From: Hyalangium minutum
Lineage (GTDB): Bacteria; Myxococcota; Myxococcia; Myxococcales; Myxococcaceae
Assembly: GCF_000737315.1 (NCBI RefSeq)
Contig: NZ_JMCB01000003.1
Span: forward strand, 682,001 to 746,000
Reading direction: 5' to 3'
DNA: 64,000 bases
Shown here piece after piece: positions 26,138 to 34,860 of this stretch. The notes beneath the pieces are model-generated. The model saw nothing but the letters and a program-made list of their open reading frames with translations. It ran no database searches and had not been told where the DNA came from. Made by a program: the position numbers and the translations under genes. Each line of letters starts with the position of its first letter. Position 1 is the stretch's first letter.

Positions 26138-27736
26138 CTATGCAGCCACGCGCCCCAGCGAGTTCGTCACCACCGTCTGAGTCCCCGTGAGCTCTTGCGG
26201 CGTGTGGCGCACCGCCGCCGTCTCCAGCGAGGCGGCGTTCTGCTCCCACCACCGCTCGGAGTCCTCCTCCGTCCACTTGCCCGCGTCCGCGCACAGCTCC
26301 AGCGCGATCCGCAGCTCCCGAGTGCTGGAGAAACGGGTCTCAGGGCGCTTCTCCAGGCAGCGGAGGATGGTGCCGCACAGATCGTCCGGCAGCGCGCGCC
26401 CCAGCCGCACAGAGGGCAGCTCCGGCGTCGTGTTCACATGGTGCGAGCAGATCTCCGCGGCGCTCTGCCCCTTGAAGACGTGAGTGCCGGTGAGCAGCGC
26501 ATAGCCCACGGCGCCCAGCGAGTAGAGATCCCCGCGTCCATCCACCTTCATGGGATCCAGGATCGCCTCGGGCGCCATGTAGTGCGGAGTTCCCACCACC
26601 ACGGGGGCCTGGGCGGAACCACCCGCCTCGGAGCCTCCGACCTGCTTCACCAGCCCGAAGTCCAGCACCTTCACCAGATCTGGCACGCCGCGGCGGCGGC
26701 AGAGGAAGAGGTTGGCGGGCTTGATGTCGCGGTGGAGCAACCCCAGGCCATGCGCCTCCTCCAGCGCCCCGCACACCTGGCGGAGGATGTGAATGACGCG
26801 CGCGGGCGGCAGAGGCCCCGAGGCGGCCAGCAACCGCTCCAAGTCCATGCCTTCCAGGTGCTCCATCACATAATAGAAGAGGCCCTCGGCGGTGCGGCCA
26901 TAGTCGTAGATGGCAATCGTGTTGGGATGGGTGAGCTGGCTGGTGAGCTGCACCTCACGCTCGAAGCGCTCCAGGCCGTGGCCATCATGGCTGGCGCGCA
27001 GGACCTTGATGGCCGTGCGGCGGCGCATCATCGCGTGGCTGGCCAGGTAGACGTCCCCCATGGCCCCGGCCCCCAACATCTGCAGCAGCGTGTACTGGCC
27101 CAGCTTGCGCGCATCCCTCACCTGCTTGCGCAGGCCATAGATCACCCGCGTCACCAGCGAGGCCATGATGATCGCGATGGCGCTCCACAGCAGCGCCTCC
27201 AGCGCGGGCACCAGGAAGCCCCCGCTCGACTTGACCCGCATCATCCCGAGGAAGACCGGATCCGGCAGCGCGCCGGCCACGGACATCCAGAACGCCCGGC
27301 GGATCGAGCCGGGGATGAGCACCGCCCGGGAGATGATCACCGCGTTGGTGACCAGCATCAGCGCGTGGGAGTCGTTGTCGATGTACGCATCCACCTTCAG
27401 CAGGTAGAGCGCGCCCAGCAACCCCATGGAGTCGCACAGGCGCAGGAGCCTGAGCGAGTGGGCCCCCCGCCGGCAGACCTGCCAGAAGCCGAATGCGATC
27501 ACCACGGCGCCCAAGTGGAAGACCGAGCTCGACGCAGTGAAGATCCGCAGCAGCGGGTCGCCGCGCAGCAGGGGCACCGTGATGCTGGTGATGGCGTAGA
27601 AGCCGCCGGACAGCAGGAAGAGCGTCTTGAACAAGAACTTCAGCCGCTCTTGCAAGAACGACCGCTCCTCTTCCGAGGGCAGCGCGCTCGCGAGCGAGGC
27701 CGAGGGCTGAGACAGATCTGGCCCGAGATGCTTCAT
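26138..27736 (-). CDS. Membrane Ser/Thr protein kinase
   Basis: About 5 N-terminal TM helices, then LGAGAMGDVY, AIK, HRDIKPAN, DFGLVK, GTPHYMAPE. Confidence 0.93.
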   Translation of the reverse strand: MKHLGPDLSQPSASLASALPSEEERSFLQERLKFLFKTLFLLSGGFYAITSITVPLLRGDPLLRIFTASSSVFHLGAVVIAFGFWQVCRRGAHSLRLLRLCDSMGLLGALYLLKVDAYIDNDSHALMLVTNAVIISRAVLIPGSIRRAFWMSVAGALPDPVFLGMMRVKSSGGFLVPALEALLWSAIAIIMASLVTRVIYGLRKQVRDARKLGQYTLLQMLGAGAMGDVYLASHAMMRRRTAIKVLRASHDGHGLERFEREVQLTSQLTHPNTIAIYDYGRTAEGLFYYVMEHLEGMDLERLLAASGPLPPARVIHILRQVCGALEEAHGLGLLHRDIKPANLFLCRRRGVPDLVKVLDFGLVKQVGGSEAGGSAQAPVVVGTPHYMAPEAILDPMKVDGRGDLYSLGAVGYALLTGTHVFKGQSAAEICSHHVNTTPELPSVRLGRALPDDLCGTILRCLEKRPETRFSSTRELRIALELCADAGKWTEEDSERWWEQNAASLETAAVRHTPQELTGTQTVVTNSLGRVAA

Positions 27737-27861
27737 CCTGCGGAGTGTTTTAGCACTCCCCGGCGTGAAGCCAGTGCCCTTCCCGCGGACAGCCAAGGCC
27801 ACCGCCGCAACAGGTCCAGTGCCGAATCAGAGACCCTGCAGGGCATGGCGCAGCTCGCCAT

Positions 27862-29112
27862 TCACCGGCTTCCAGCTCGCGCCGCCGCCTCGATGACGAG
27901 ATCGGCATACCGATTGCTCGGGTCCTCCGGGGTAGTGCCATCGCGGAAGTAGAACGTGAAGTCATCCCACGCATCCGGGCGCGCGTCGTAGGCAAACATC
28001 CACGGTGCAATCCCTCCCACGCCCGCGCGCCACGCGCAGCGCAGCCACCCCCGGTAGAGGGCCCGCCGCTCCTCGAGCGAGAACACGCCCTGGTTGCTCA
28101 GGCCGAACTCCCCGAGGAAGAGCGGCTTGCCCAGCTGGCCCGCGAGCGCGGCGTGCTCGGAGATCCAACGAGCGCCGCTCCGCGCCATGGCCCCGGGCCG
28201 GAGACCCCACGCCTCCGGGTAGAAGTGCGCGCTCCCGAAGCCGATGAGCGGCGAGGCCGTGTTCTGCCGGAAGCTCGTGGAGGCCTCGAACAGAGACGAA
28301 CCCGACGCGCTGCGCCAAGCCCCCGCGTCATAGCCCTCGAAGGATGTGTCGAAGCCCTCCTCTCCTGTCCCCACCAGATGCCCGGGAGCCAGGGCCTGCA
28401 CCACCCCGGAGAGCTCGTCCACCCAGGCCCGCATCGCCTCCCCTCGGCGATCCAGGCCTACGCCACGGGGCTCGTTCAGCAGCTCCCAGCCGAGCACCGC
28501 CGGATGCTCGCCATACCGGATCCCGTCCAGTGTGTTCACGCGAGAGAGCAGCGTGGTGATGTACTGCGTGTAGAGCCCGATCACCCCGCGATGGGTGAAG
28601 AAGCGAGGATCTCCCTCCTTCGGATCCGGGAGCCCCGCCCACGTCACGTATTGACGCGCGCCGCCATAGGCATTCCAGAAGTTGCCGAGCGGCAGCACGA
28701 GCTTCACCCCATGGTGGGCCGCCCGCGTGAGGACCAGGTCCAGCGCCTGCAGGCTGGTCTCGTCATAAACGCCCGGCGCCACCTGAATGGTGGACACTCC
28801 TCGCTTGTTCGGATCGTCATTGAACCCGAGCGTGCGCACGCCCCAGGCGCCGAGCGCCGCCGCCTTGGCCAGCGTCTCCTCCACCACGGGAGATTCCCCG
28901 AGCCCGCCACGGATCTCCCGGGCGGCCTCGTCCTGGAGGTAGTACGCGTTGAGCAGCACCGAGGTCGACGGCGCGCTGCCCAGCGGCACGGCGGGAAGCA
29001 ACGGGCAGTCCGCTGCTTCTTCCTCGAGCTGCTCCAGGGGCTCGTCGCCGCCACACGCCGTCAACACTGTCAGGAGGAGCAGCAGGCTCGTACGTGAGAC
29101 TGGGCCTGTCAT
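27862..29112 (-). CDS. Glycoside hydrolase family 5 lipoprotein (beta-mannanase-like)
   Basis: Lipobox VLTA-C, acid/base WELLNEP, nucleophile LGEFG, NFWNAYGG. Confidence 0.85.
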   Translation of the reverse strand: MTGPVSRTSLLLLLTVLTACGGDEPLEQLEEEAADCPLLPAVPLGSAPSTSVLLNAYYLQDEAAREIRGGLGESPVVEETLAKAAALGAWGVRTLGFNDDPNKRGVSTIQVAPGVYDETSLQALDLVLTRAAHHGVKLVLPLGNFWNAYGGARQYVTWAGLPDPKEGDPRFFTHRGVIGLYTQYITTLLSRVNTLDGIRYGEHPAVLGWELLNEPRGVGLDRRGEAMRAWVDELSGVVQALAPGHLVGTGEEGFDTSFEGYDAGAWRSASGSSLFEASTSFRQNTASPLIGFGSAHFYPEAWGLRPGAMARSGARWISEHAALAGQLGKPLFLGEFGLSNQGVFSLEERRALYRGWLRCAWRAGVGGIAPWMFAYDARPDAWDDFTFYFRDGTTPEDPSNRYADLVIEAAARAGSR

Positions 29113-29119
29113 CGCATCC

Positions 29120-30403
29120 TTACCGATCGAAACGGATGATGCGCTCCACGCGCCAGGTGCCTGCGGGCTCCACTGGCCGCAGCAGCATCAGCTTCGCCAG
29201 CTGCCCCACCCCCAGCTCGCACTCGCGCCGGGGCGGCAGCGGCACGTGGTCTCCCTCCTTCACGTCCCGCGCCGGCAACGGCACCACCGTGAGCCCTTGG
29301 GCATCCACCGTCTCGAACGCCCCGAACACCCGCAGATCCCCCAGCTCCGCGATCACCCCCGCCATCCCCGCTTGAGCCGTCCCCTCCTGCTTGCGCACCG
29401 CCGGGCTGACGGCCACGCCCACATCGGCGACGAAGGCCGGCCCCGCCTCTCCGAAGACGTGGGCGCCTTTCACGATCAGGTGGAGCAGCCCCTTCGAGTC
29501 GTTCAGAGGAATCGTGTCGTAGCGCTCCAAGCGCGCCTGCTCCGCGTGGCCGTTCGCGAGCGACTCCAGCGCGGAGACCAGCGCCACGAAGTTCAGCCGC
29601 AGCAGGGGGCCCTCGGTCTCGCGGCCAGGCCAGGGCCCGGTCTCGATCAGCACGGAGGGCGTGCCCCAGCGCCCCATGTTGTCGCCGAAGGCCCGGGGCT
29701 CGAAGGCGTCGTTGTAGCGCCCCAGTTGTCCTGGCATGAGCGGCTCGAGCGCATCCCGGATGACGGCACACACCTTCTTGGCGAGCACCCGCCCCGGGTT
29801 GTCACTGCGAGCCTCATCGAAGGCCGGCGCCAGCAGCGAGATCGACGCGGGCTTGCCCGTCTTTCCCACCGCCGTGCGCCAATCCTGGTTGTGCAGGTTG
29901 AAGCCGAGCGACGGCTGGAGCCGATCCCGCAGCGCCTTGAGCGTCCGGCCCTCCGGGGTCTGCAGCATCAGCGCATCGCGGTTGATGTCGATGCCCTGCG
30001 CGTTGATGCGCTGGAAGCGCTCGGCGCCGTCCGGATTGAGCAGCGGCACGGCGTGCACGGTGAGCACCGAGAGCAGCTGCGCCACCCGAGGCTCCTGGCG
30101 ATAGCGCCGCAGGTACTCGAAGACTTCGAAGAGCGCCGTGGTGGCGGTGGGCTCGTCGCCGTGCATCTGCGACCAGAGCAGCACGTGCCGGGCGCCCGTA
30201 CCCACCCGCACATGGTGGATGGCGCGCTCCTCCACCGAGCGTCCCACCTCCTCGATGTGGAACAGCTCCGGCGCGGTCTGCTGGAGCCGCCGCAGCCAGG
30301 CCACCACCTGGGCATGGCGAACGAGGGGAAGCGGCGGGCGCTCCTGGAGGCGGACTTCATCCCAGAGCGCGGCGAGCGTGGCGGGGGGAGTGATCTCGAT
30401 CAT
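29120..30403 (-). CDS. M14 zinc carboxypeptidase-family protein
   Basis: SQMHGDEPTAT, NPDG, GIDINRD, NLHNQ. Start codon uncertain (30403 or 30430). Confidence 0.85.
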   Translation of the reverse strand: MIEITPPATLAALWDEVRLQERPPLPLVRHAQVVAWLRRLQQTAPELFHIEEVGRSVEERAIHHVRVGTGARHVLLWSQMHGDEPTATTALFEVFEYLRRYRQEPRVAQLLSVLTVHAVPLLNPDGAERFQRINAQGIDINRDALMLQTPEGRTLKALRDRLQPSLGFNLHNQDWRTAVGKTGKPASISLLAPAFDEARSDNPGRVLAKKVCAVIRDALEPLMPGQLGRYNDAFEPRAFGDNMGRWGTPSVLIETGPWPGRETEGPLLRLNFVALVSALESLANGHAEQARLERYDTIPLNDSKGLLHLIVKGAHVFGEAGPAFVADVGVAVSPAVRKQEGTAQAGMAGVIAELGDLRVFGAFETVDAQGLTVVPLPARDVKEGDHVPLPPRRECELGVGQLAKLMLLRPVEPAGTWRVERIIRFDR

Positions 30404-30554
30404 GAGCCGGGGGGGCGCGGGTCTCCGCACAGGAAGGTAGGCACCAGCACGCGAGATTTGCTATGGGCTATCGGGCCTTGAGCCCTTTCTTTTGGACTGC
30501 AAGTTGTTTCGCACACAGTCGCTCGCGTTCAAGCGAGTGGGAAGGAAGACATCC

Positions 30555-31382
30555 ATGAAGCGCCTGTTGAATCCCGCGATCGCCGTTGCACTGCTCACCC
30601 TCGTGTCCGCCTGCAAGAAGGTGGAGCGCATCGAAGTGGAGCCGAAGCAGCTGTCGTTCACCGAGGCGAACAAGAAGGAGATGCTGAAGGCCTCGGCGGT
30701 GACGGCGGACGGCAAGCCGGTGGACGGGGTGAAGTTCGAGTTCTCCTCGAGCGATCCGAAGGTTGCCACGGTGGACGCGAACGGCACGGTGGTCGCGGTG
30801 AAGAGCGGCTCGGCCAGCGTCGAGGTGAAGGGTGGCGAGAAGAACGCGAAGGTACCGGTGGAGGTCAGCATCCCCGGAGCCATCGTGCTGAAGGGCGGCC
30901 CCATCGCGCTGACGGGCATTGGCACCACGGCGACGATCGACGCGCAGGTCCAGGACGACGCGGGCCGGCCGGTGCAGGGCTCGGCGGTGGAGTTCTCCAG
31001 CGCGGACGCGAAGATCGCCGAGGTGAGCGGCAACACGGTGACGGCCAAGGGTGCGGGCACCACGCAGATCACGGCGACCTCGGGCGCGCTGCGTCAGCAG
31101 GTGGAGGTGACGGTGAAGCTGCCCGAGGTGGCCTCGGTGGCCTTCGAGGGCGCGCCGGCGGCGCTGAAGGTGGGCGAGACCGCGGATCTGAAGGTCTCCG
31201 CCAAGGCAGCCGACGGTGCGGCCATCGCCGGCGTGACGCCGACCTTCACCTCCAGCAACGAGAAGCTGGCCACCGTGGACGCCACCGGCAAGGTGACGGC
31301 CGTGAAGGTGGGCGCCGTGACGATCACCGCGAAGAGCGGCGACAAGACCGCTGAGACGAAGATCACGATCAAGAAGAAGTAA
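30555..31382 (+). CDS. Lipoprotein with three bacterial Ig-like (Big_2) domains
   Basis: Lipobox LVSA-C. Repeated FSSSDPKVATVDANGTVVAVKSG-type motifs. Confidence 0.88.
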   Translation: MKRLLNPAIAVALLTLVSACKKVERIEVEPKQLSFTEANKKEMLKASAVTADGKPVDGVKFEFSSSDPKVATVDANGTVVAVKSGSASVEVKGGEKNAKVPVEVSIPGAIVLKGGPIALTGIGTTATIDAQVQDDAGRPVQGSAVEFSSADAKIAEVSGNTVTAKGAGTTQITATSGALRQQVEVTVKLPEVASVAFEGAPAALKVGETADLKVSAKAADGAAIAGVTPTFTSSNEKLATVDATGKVTAVKVGAVTITAKSGDKTAETKITIKKK

Positions 31383-31405
31383 TCGCGTCTCGGACGTGAG
31401 CAGCG

Positions 31406-31438
31406 AAGGGCTCGGAGCCACCCGGTTCCGGGCCCTTT
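31406..31438 (+). terminator. Intrinsic terminator after the Ig-like gene
   Basis: AAGGGC-CGGAGCC...GGTTCCG-GCCCTT stem followed by TGTGTTT. Confidence 0.65.
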
Positions 31439-31468
31439 GTGTTTCCCGTCCACGTGGGCCCCCCAGGG

Positions 31469-31529
31469 GATGACGGTTGTCACCGGTGGTGACTGTCGTC
31501 ACCACCCTCACCTGGTGGCTGTTGTCACC
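31469..31529 (+). promoter_or_regulatory. Three tandem palindromic boxes, probable enhancer-binding-protein sites
   Basis: GATGAC-GGTT-GTCACC (31469), GGTGAC-TGTC-GTCACC (31488) and GGTGGC-TGTT-GTCACC (31514). Confidence 0.7.
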
Positions 31530-31606
31530 ACCTCTCGAGTCCCCGCTTCTTCTCAAGCCCTTGAATTTCCTGAGCCTTACCCTTCGCACCCCCTGCGCGC
31601 ATCTGC

Positions 31607-31622
31607 TGGCATGCGGGCTGCA
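31607..31622 (+). promoter_or_regulatory. Sigma-54 (-24/-12) promoter
   Basis: TGGCATG-CGGG-CTGCA has the GG-N10-GC spacing and lies about 60 nt upstream of ATG 31680. Confidence 0.7.
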
Positions 31623-31679
31623 GTAGGGGTCAGTCATACAAACCGCCACCGAGCGGTTTCCCAAAAAAAGGACTCAGTC

Positions 31680-32477
31680 ATGCGCATCAACTCTTCTGTC
31701 GCCGCCCCCGCCGTTGCCCGTACCGCCGAGACCAAGATCGCCGCCGAGACCAAGCCCGCCGTCGAGGGCAAGCCCACCACCGGCTTGGTGGCCCGCGATG
31801 AGTTCCAGCGGGGTCCGGGTGGCTGCTTCCCCCCGTTCCCGCACCCGCTGCCCCCCGTGTTCCAGCCGGACGCCAAGTCGCGCGCCACGCAGGCCAACCA
31901 GCTGGATCAGATCTCCAACGGCGTCCGTAACGGCTCCGTCACCGCGCAGGAGGCCGAGCGTCTCCTGAAGGAGCAGCAGGACATCGCCGCCTACCAGCAG
32001 AAGGCGATGGCGGACGGCAAGCTGTCCAAGGGGGAGCAGCTCCAGCTCGCGTCGATGCAGGCCAAGGCCGCGCTCAACGTCTACCAGGCCAGCCACAACG
32101 GCGACCGCAACGCGTTCGCCAAGCTCGACCAGAATGCGCAGCGCCAGGCGGATCAGATCGGCCGCCTCGCCGACGGCCGCCGCAGCGGCAACATCACCAA
32201 CAGCGAGGCTGGCGAGCTGCTCGGTGACCAAGTGGAGATCGCCGACGCCCGCGGCGACGCGGACTCCGTGAAGGAGCGCGCCGAGCTGGCCGACAAGCTG
32301 GGCGCCGCCGACCGCGACATCAACTACCACAGCAAGGCGGGCACCCAGTTCCACCTGAAGCCCTTCCCGCACCCGCTGCCCTTCCCGCGTCCGACGCCGC
32401 TGCCCCTGCCCCGCCCGCTGCCCTTCCCGGAGCTGCCCGTGCACACCCTGCCGTTCAAGGGCGTCATCAACGGCTGA
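31680..32477 (+). CDS. Hypothetical helical-repeat protein with Pro-rich PFPHPLP motifs
   Basis: AGGA RBS and strong codon bias. Two repeats of Q..QI..G.R.G..T..EA..LL..Q..I. Confidence 0.8.
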   Translation: MRINSSVAAPAVARTAETKIAAETKPAVEGKPTTGLVARDEFQRGPGGCFPPFPHPLPPVFQPDAKSRATQANQLDQISNGVRNGSVTAQEAERLLKEQQDIAAYQQKAMADGKLSKGEQLQLASMQAKAALNVYQASHNGDRNAFAKLDQNAQRQADQIGRLADGRRSGNITNSEAGELLGDQVEIADARGDADSVKERAELADKLGAADRDINYHSKAGTQFHLKPFPHPLPFPRPTPLPLPRPLPFPELPVHTLPFKGVING

Positions 32478-32503
32478 TCGACTTCGCGAGCTTCACCTCC
32501 ACA

Positions 32504-32534
32504 GCCCCTCCTTCGCCTGGCGCGAGGGAGGGGC
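32504..32534. terminator. Hairpin between convergent genes
   Basis: GCCCCTCC...GGAGGGGC inverted repeat. Confidence 0.6.
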
Positions 32535-32544
32535 CGTGTCGTTT

Positions 32545-33306
32545 CTACCCGGCCGCGCGCTCGGCGTTGGCCCGGAACGCTTCCCGCGTGAACGCCGCGA
32601 GCCCCGGCTTCAGCTTGTCGATGTTCTCCGTGAAGCGCGGATCGTTCACGTACAGCTCGCCGAGCCCTCGATGGATCTCGTACGAGCACGGGTAGAACCA
32701 CCGGGAGATGTAAGCGCGGTGGCGCTCGGCCACCTCCAGCACCGCGGGATCCGTGGGCGCGTGCCCGGCCTCCAGGTGCGCCGCCAGGTCGCGCTGGATC
32801 TGCTCGCCCTCGGCCTTGATGCGCACCCAGTCCTGCTTCGTGTAGCGCTTCGTCCGCCGAGCGGACTCCTTGTAGGCCTCGGTATTGCCCCAGCGCTGCT
32901 GAGCCTCGTCCTCGTACTTCGAGGGATCGAAGTCGCCGAACACCTCGAACATCTCTTCCTTCGTCATGACCGTTCCCTTCTCGAGTGAGTCGAGCGCCGC
33001 ATCCACCGCGCCAATGAGCGCCTGGACGCGGGTGGACCGCTCGGTGAGGAGCCGCCGCTGCATGAGCAGTGCGGCCCGGAGGTCGAAGGCCGGATCCCTG
33101 ACAATGCGGGAGATCTCCTCCAGCGGAAAGCCGAGCTCCTTGAAGAAGAGCACCTGCTGCAGCCGCTGAAGGTCCAGCTGCTCGTAGAGCCGGTACCCCG
33201 CCTCGCTCCGCCCAGAGGGCTGGAGCAGGCCAATCTCGTCATAGTGGTGCAGCGTCCGCACGCTGACGCCCGCCAGCTTGGCGACCTGGCTCACGGTCAG
33301 AGACAT
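32545..33306 (-). CDS. tipA: MerR-family regulator with TipAS antibiotic-recognition domain (TipA-like), 253 aa
   Basis: VSVRTLHHYDEIGLL.PSGRS, LQQVLFFKELGFPL, FEVFGDFDP..YE.E...RWGNTEAY, LGELYVNDPRF, KPGLAAF closely follow remembered Streptomyces TipA. Confidence 0.85.
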   Translation of the reverse strand: MSLTVSQVAKLAGVSVRTLHHYDEIGLLQPSGRSEAGYRLYEQLDLQRLQQVLFFKELGFPLEEISRIVRDPAFDLRAALLMQRRLLTERSTRVQALIGAVDAALDSLEKGTVMTKEEMFEVFGDFDPSKYEDEAQQRWGNTEAYKESARRTKRYTKQDWVRIKAEGEQIQRDLAAHLEAGHAPTDPAVLEVAERHRAYISRWFYPCSYEIHRGLGELYVNDPRFTENIDKLKPGLAAFTREAFRANAERAAG

Positions 33307-33326
33307 CGTCCTCACCTCCACGCGAA

Positions 33327-33357
33327 GAGATAGGGCCTCACGTTGCGTGAGGGTCAA
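33327..33357 (-). promoter_or_regulatory. MerR-type promoter with dyad operator
   Basis: Minus strand reads TTGACC, a 19-nt spacer, then TATCTC. Dyad CCTCAC-N5-GTGAGG at 33336-33352. Confidence 0.8.
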
Positions 33358-33545
33358 GCCCCTGTGTTTCCAGGCTCCGCCGGGCGGAACAGCGCACAGG
33401 CGAGCACTGGCTGGGGCGGATACTTCGACGGCAGCAGCGGGCAGAGGATGAAGGTGGAGGTCTTCGTCTGCACATACCGGGGAGGCGCCGCGCACCGGTG
33501 ACAGAGGCTGGTGGGGAATGGCAGCGGCGAGGGCGGCTGGCTCAT
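33354..33545 (-). CDS. Small 4-Cys protein (possible metal-binding)
   Basis: 63 aa with CHRC...C...C. ATGA overlap with the lipase stop. Confidence 0.6.
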   Translation of the reverse strand: MSQPPSPLPFPTSLCHRCAAPPRYVQTKTSTFILCPLLPSKYPPQPVLACALFRPAEPGNTGA

Positions 33546-34717
33546 GGGTTTTCGGTATTCGGCTCGGGCGAGGGCTTGAAGGGCGGGAAGAGCCAGCGCC
33601 TCGGCGGCAGGTCGAAGCGGGCGATCGAGTCGATGAGGGCGGCGTAGAACCCCAGCTCGTCGAAGGTGTCCGGGCCCACGCCGATCACGTCGAGGTGGTC
33701 CTGGTGGAGGATGAACTCTGAGGAGGTGGCCTGCTCGAAGGTGGGTTCATTCGCGGAGTCCACGAAGCCCAGATTGGAGACGGTGGTGACCGTCCCTCGC
33801 CCGATGAGCTTCTCCCGGTAGTTCAGCCGGTAGCCCACCTGCTGCGAGTTGATGCCCACCATCCCGTCATCATCGGCCTCGTTCTTCACCCCATCGCCCA
33901 TGCCGGCGATCCCATCCTTCCCACAGTCATTCGAGCAGTACCCGTTGCCGTCGATGTCGAAGAAGAACGTGTTGAGGAGAAAGAGGGCCGGGTTCACGCT
34001 CAACCCATCCTGCGCGGTGATCACCGAGAGGTAGCGGGCCGCATACTGGGAGTCCACTGGGTACGCGAGGTTGAACGCCTTCATGCCCGTCACCTTGCCG
34101 TCGTCCGCATCGAAGTCGTCGTAGATGAGCTGCATCGCACCCGCGTACCCGTCATTGCCCTGCTCGTAGACAGAGTCGCCGAAGTACTTGGCCAGGGTGT
34201 CGAGCACGTCGGTGACGCCCGGCCCCTTCTCCAAGATGTAGCGGGCCACGGGCGAGCCCCGGTGCGGCCCGGAGACGCTGATCAGCACCTTGACGGCTGT
34301 GTACCCGCGCCGCTCGTACAGCACCCGGGCCGCCTTGCGCGCATCGAGGGCTCCCTGGGAGTGTCCGATGATGTTGACGAAGCCCGCCCCGGCGGTGGCC
34401 ATGTAGCCCTCGATGTCCGCGGCCAGATCGAGCCCGCGGACCTCGGAGGACTCGAACGCCGGGACCTGGGCGATGAAGGTCTGCTGGCGGTCATCCAGGT
34501 AGGGGTTGCAGTTGAGCTCGAAGAACCCGTTGCACGGGTCCCCGACGAACACCCCGTAGTCGTTTCCCCAGTAGTCGAACCCGAGGATGTTGTTGAAGCC
34601 CCCCATCCCATGGGCGAACACGACCGGGTGCGTTGGCCCGGCGGCGGCTGCATGGAACTCGGAGGAACACCCCAGTGCTCCCAGCATCAACACCGCGAGC
34701 AGGAGGCGCGCATTCAT
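33542..34717 (-). CDS. Triacylglycerol lipase-like alpha/beta hydrolase, lipoprotein (paralogue 1)
   Basis: Lipobox LGALG-C, PVVFAHG, GHSQG, PHRGS, DDGMV, DHLD. Confidence 0.9.
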   Translation of the reverse strand: MNARLLLAVLMLGALGCSSEFHAAAAGPTHPVVFAHGMGGFNNILGFDYWGNDYGVFVGDPCNGFFELNCNPYLDDRQQTFIAQVPAFESSEVRGLDLAADIEGYMATAGAGFVNIIGHSQGALDARKAARVLYERRGYTAVKVLISVSGPHRGSPVARYILEKGPGVTDVLDTLAKYFGDSVYEQGNDGYAGAMQLIYDDFDADDGKVTGMKAFNLAYPVDSQYAARYLSVITAQDGLSVNPALFLLNTFFFDIDGNGYCSNDCGKDGIAGMGDGVKNEADDDGMVGINSQQVGYRLNYREKLIGRGTVTTVSNLGFVDSANEPTFEQATSSEFILHQDHLDVIGVGPDTFDELGFYAALIDSIARFDLPPRRWLFPPFKPSPEPNTENP

Positions 34718-34860
34718 GGCGCAATTCTACCACTCCCCTCCGTGGCCTGCCGCCCTCGGCGCCTTGCAGGCACCGAGGACCTGTTCATCAAAGAGATCGA
34801 CCAGGAGATGCTGACGTGGTTTGACGCACATGCCTTCCCCTCTCTGGCCTGGAGACCGGA

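Noticed and set aside
31469-31529. Mini-CRISPR interpretation of the three palindromic repeats
   Set aside because: Repeats are 16 bp with 3-nt and 10-nt gaps, far too short for spacers, and no cas genes are present. The enhancer reading fits better.
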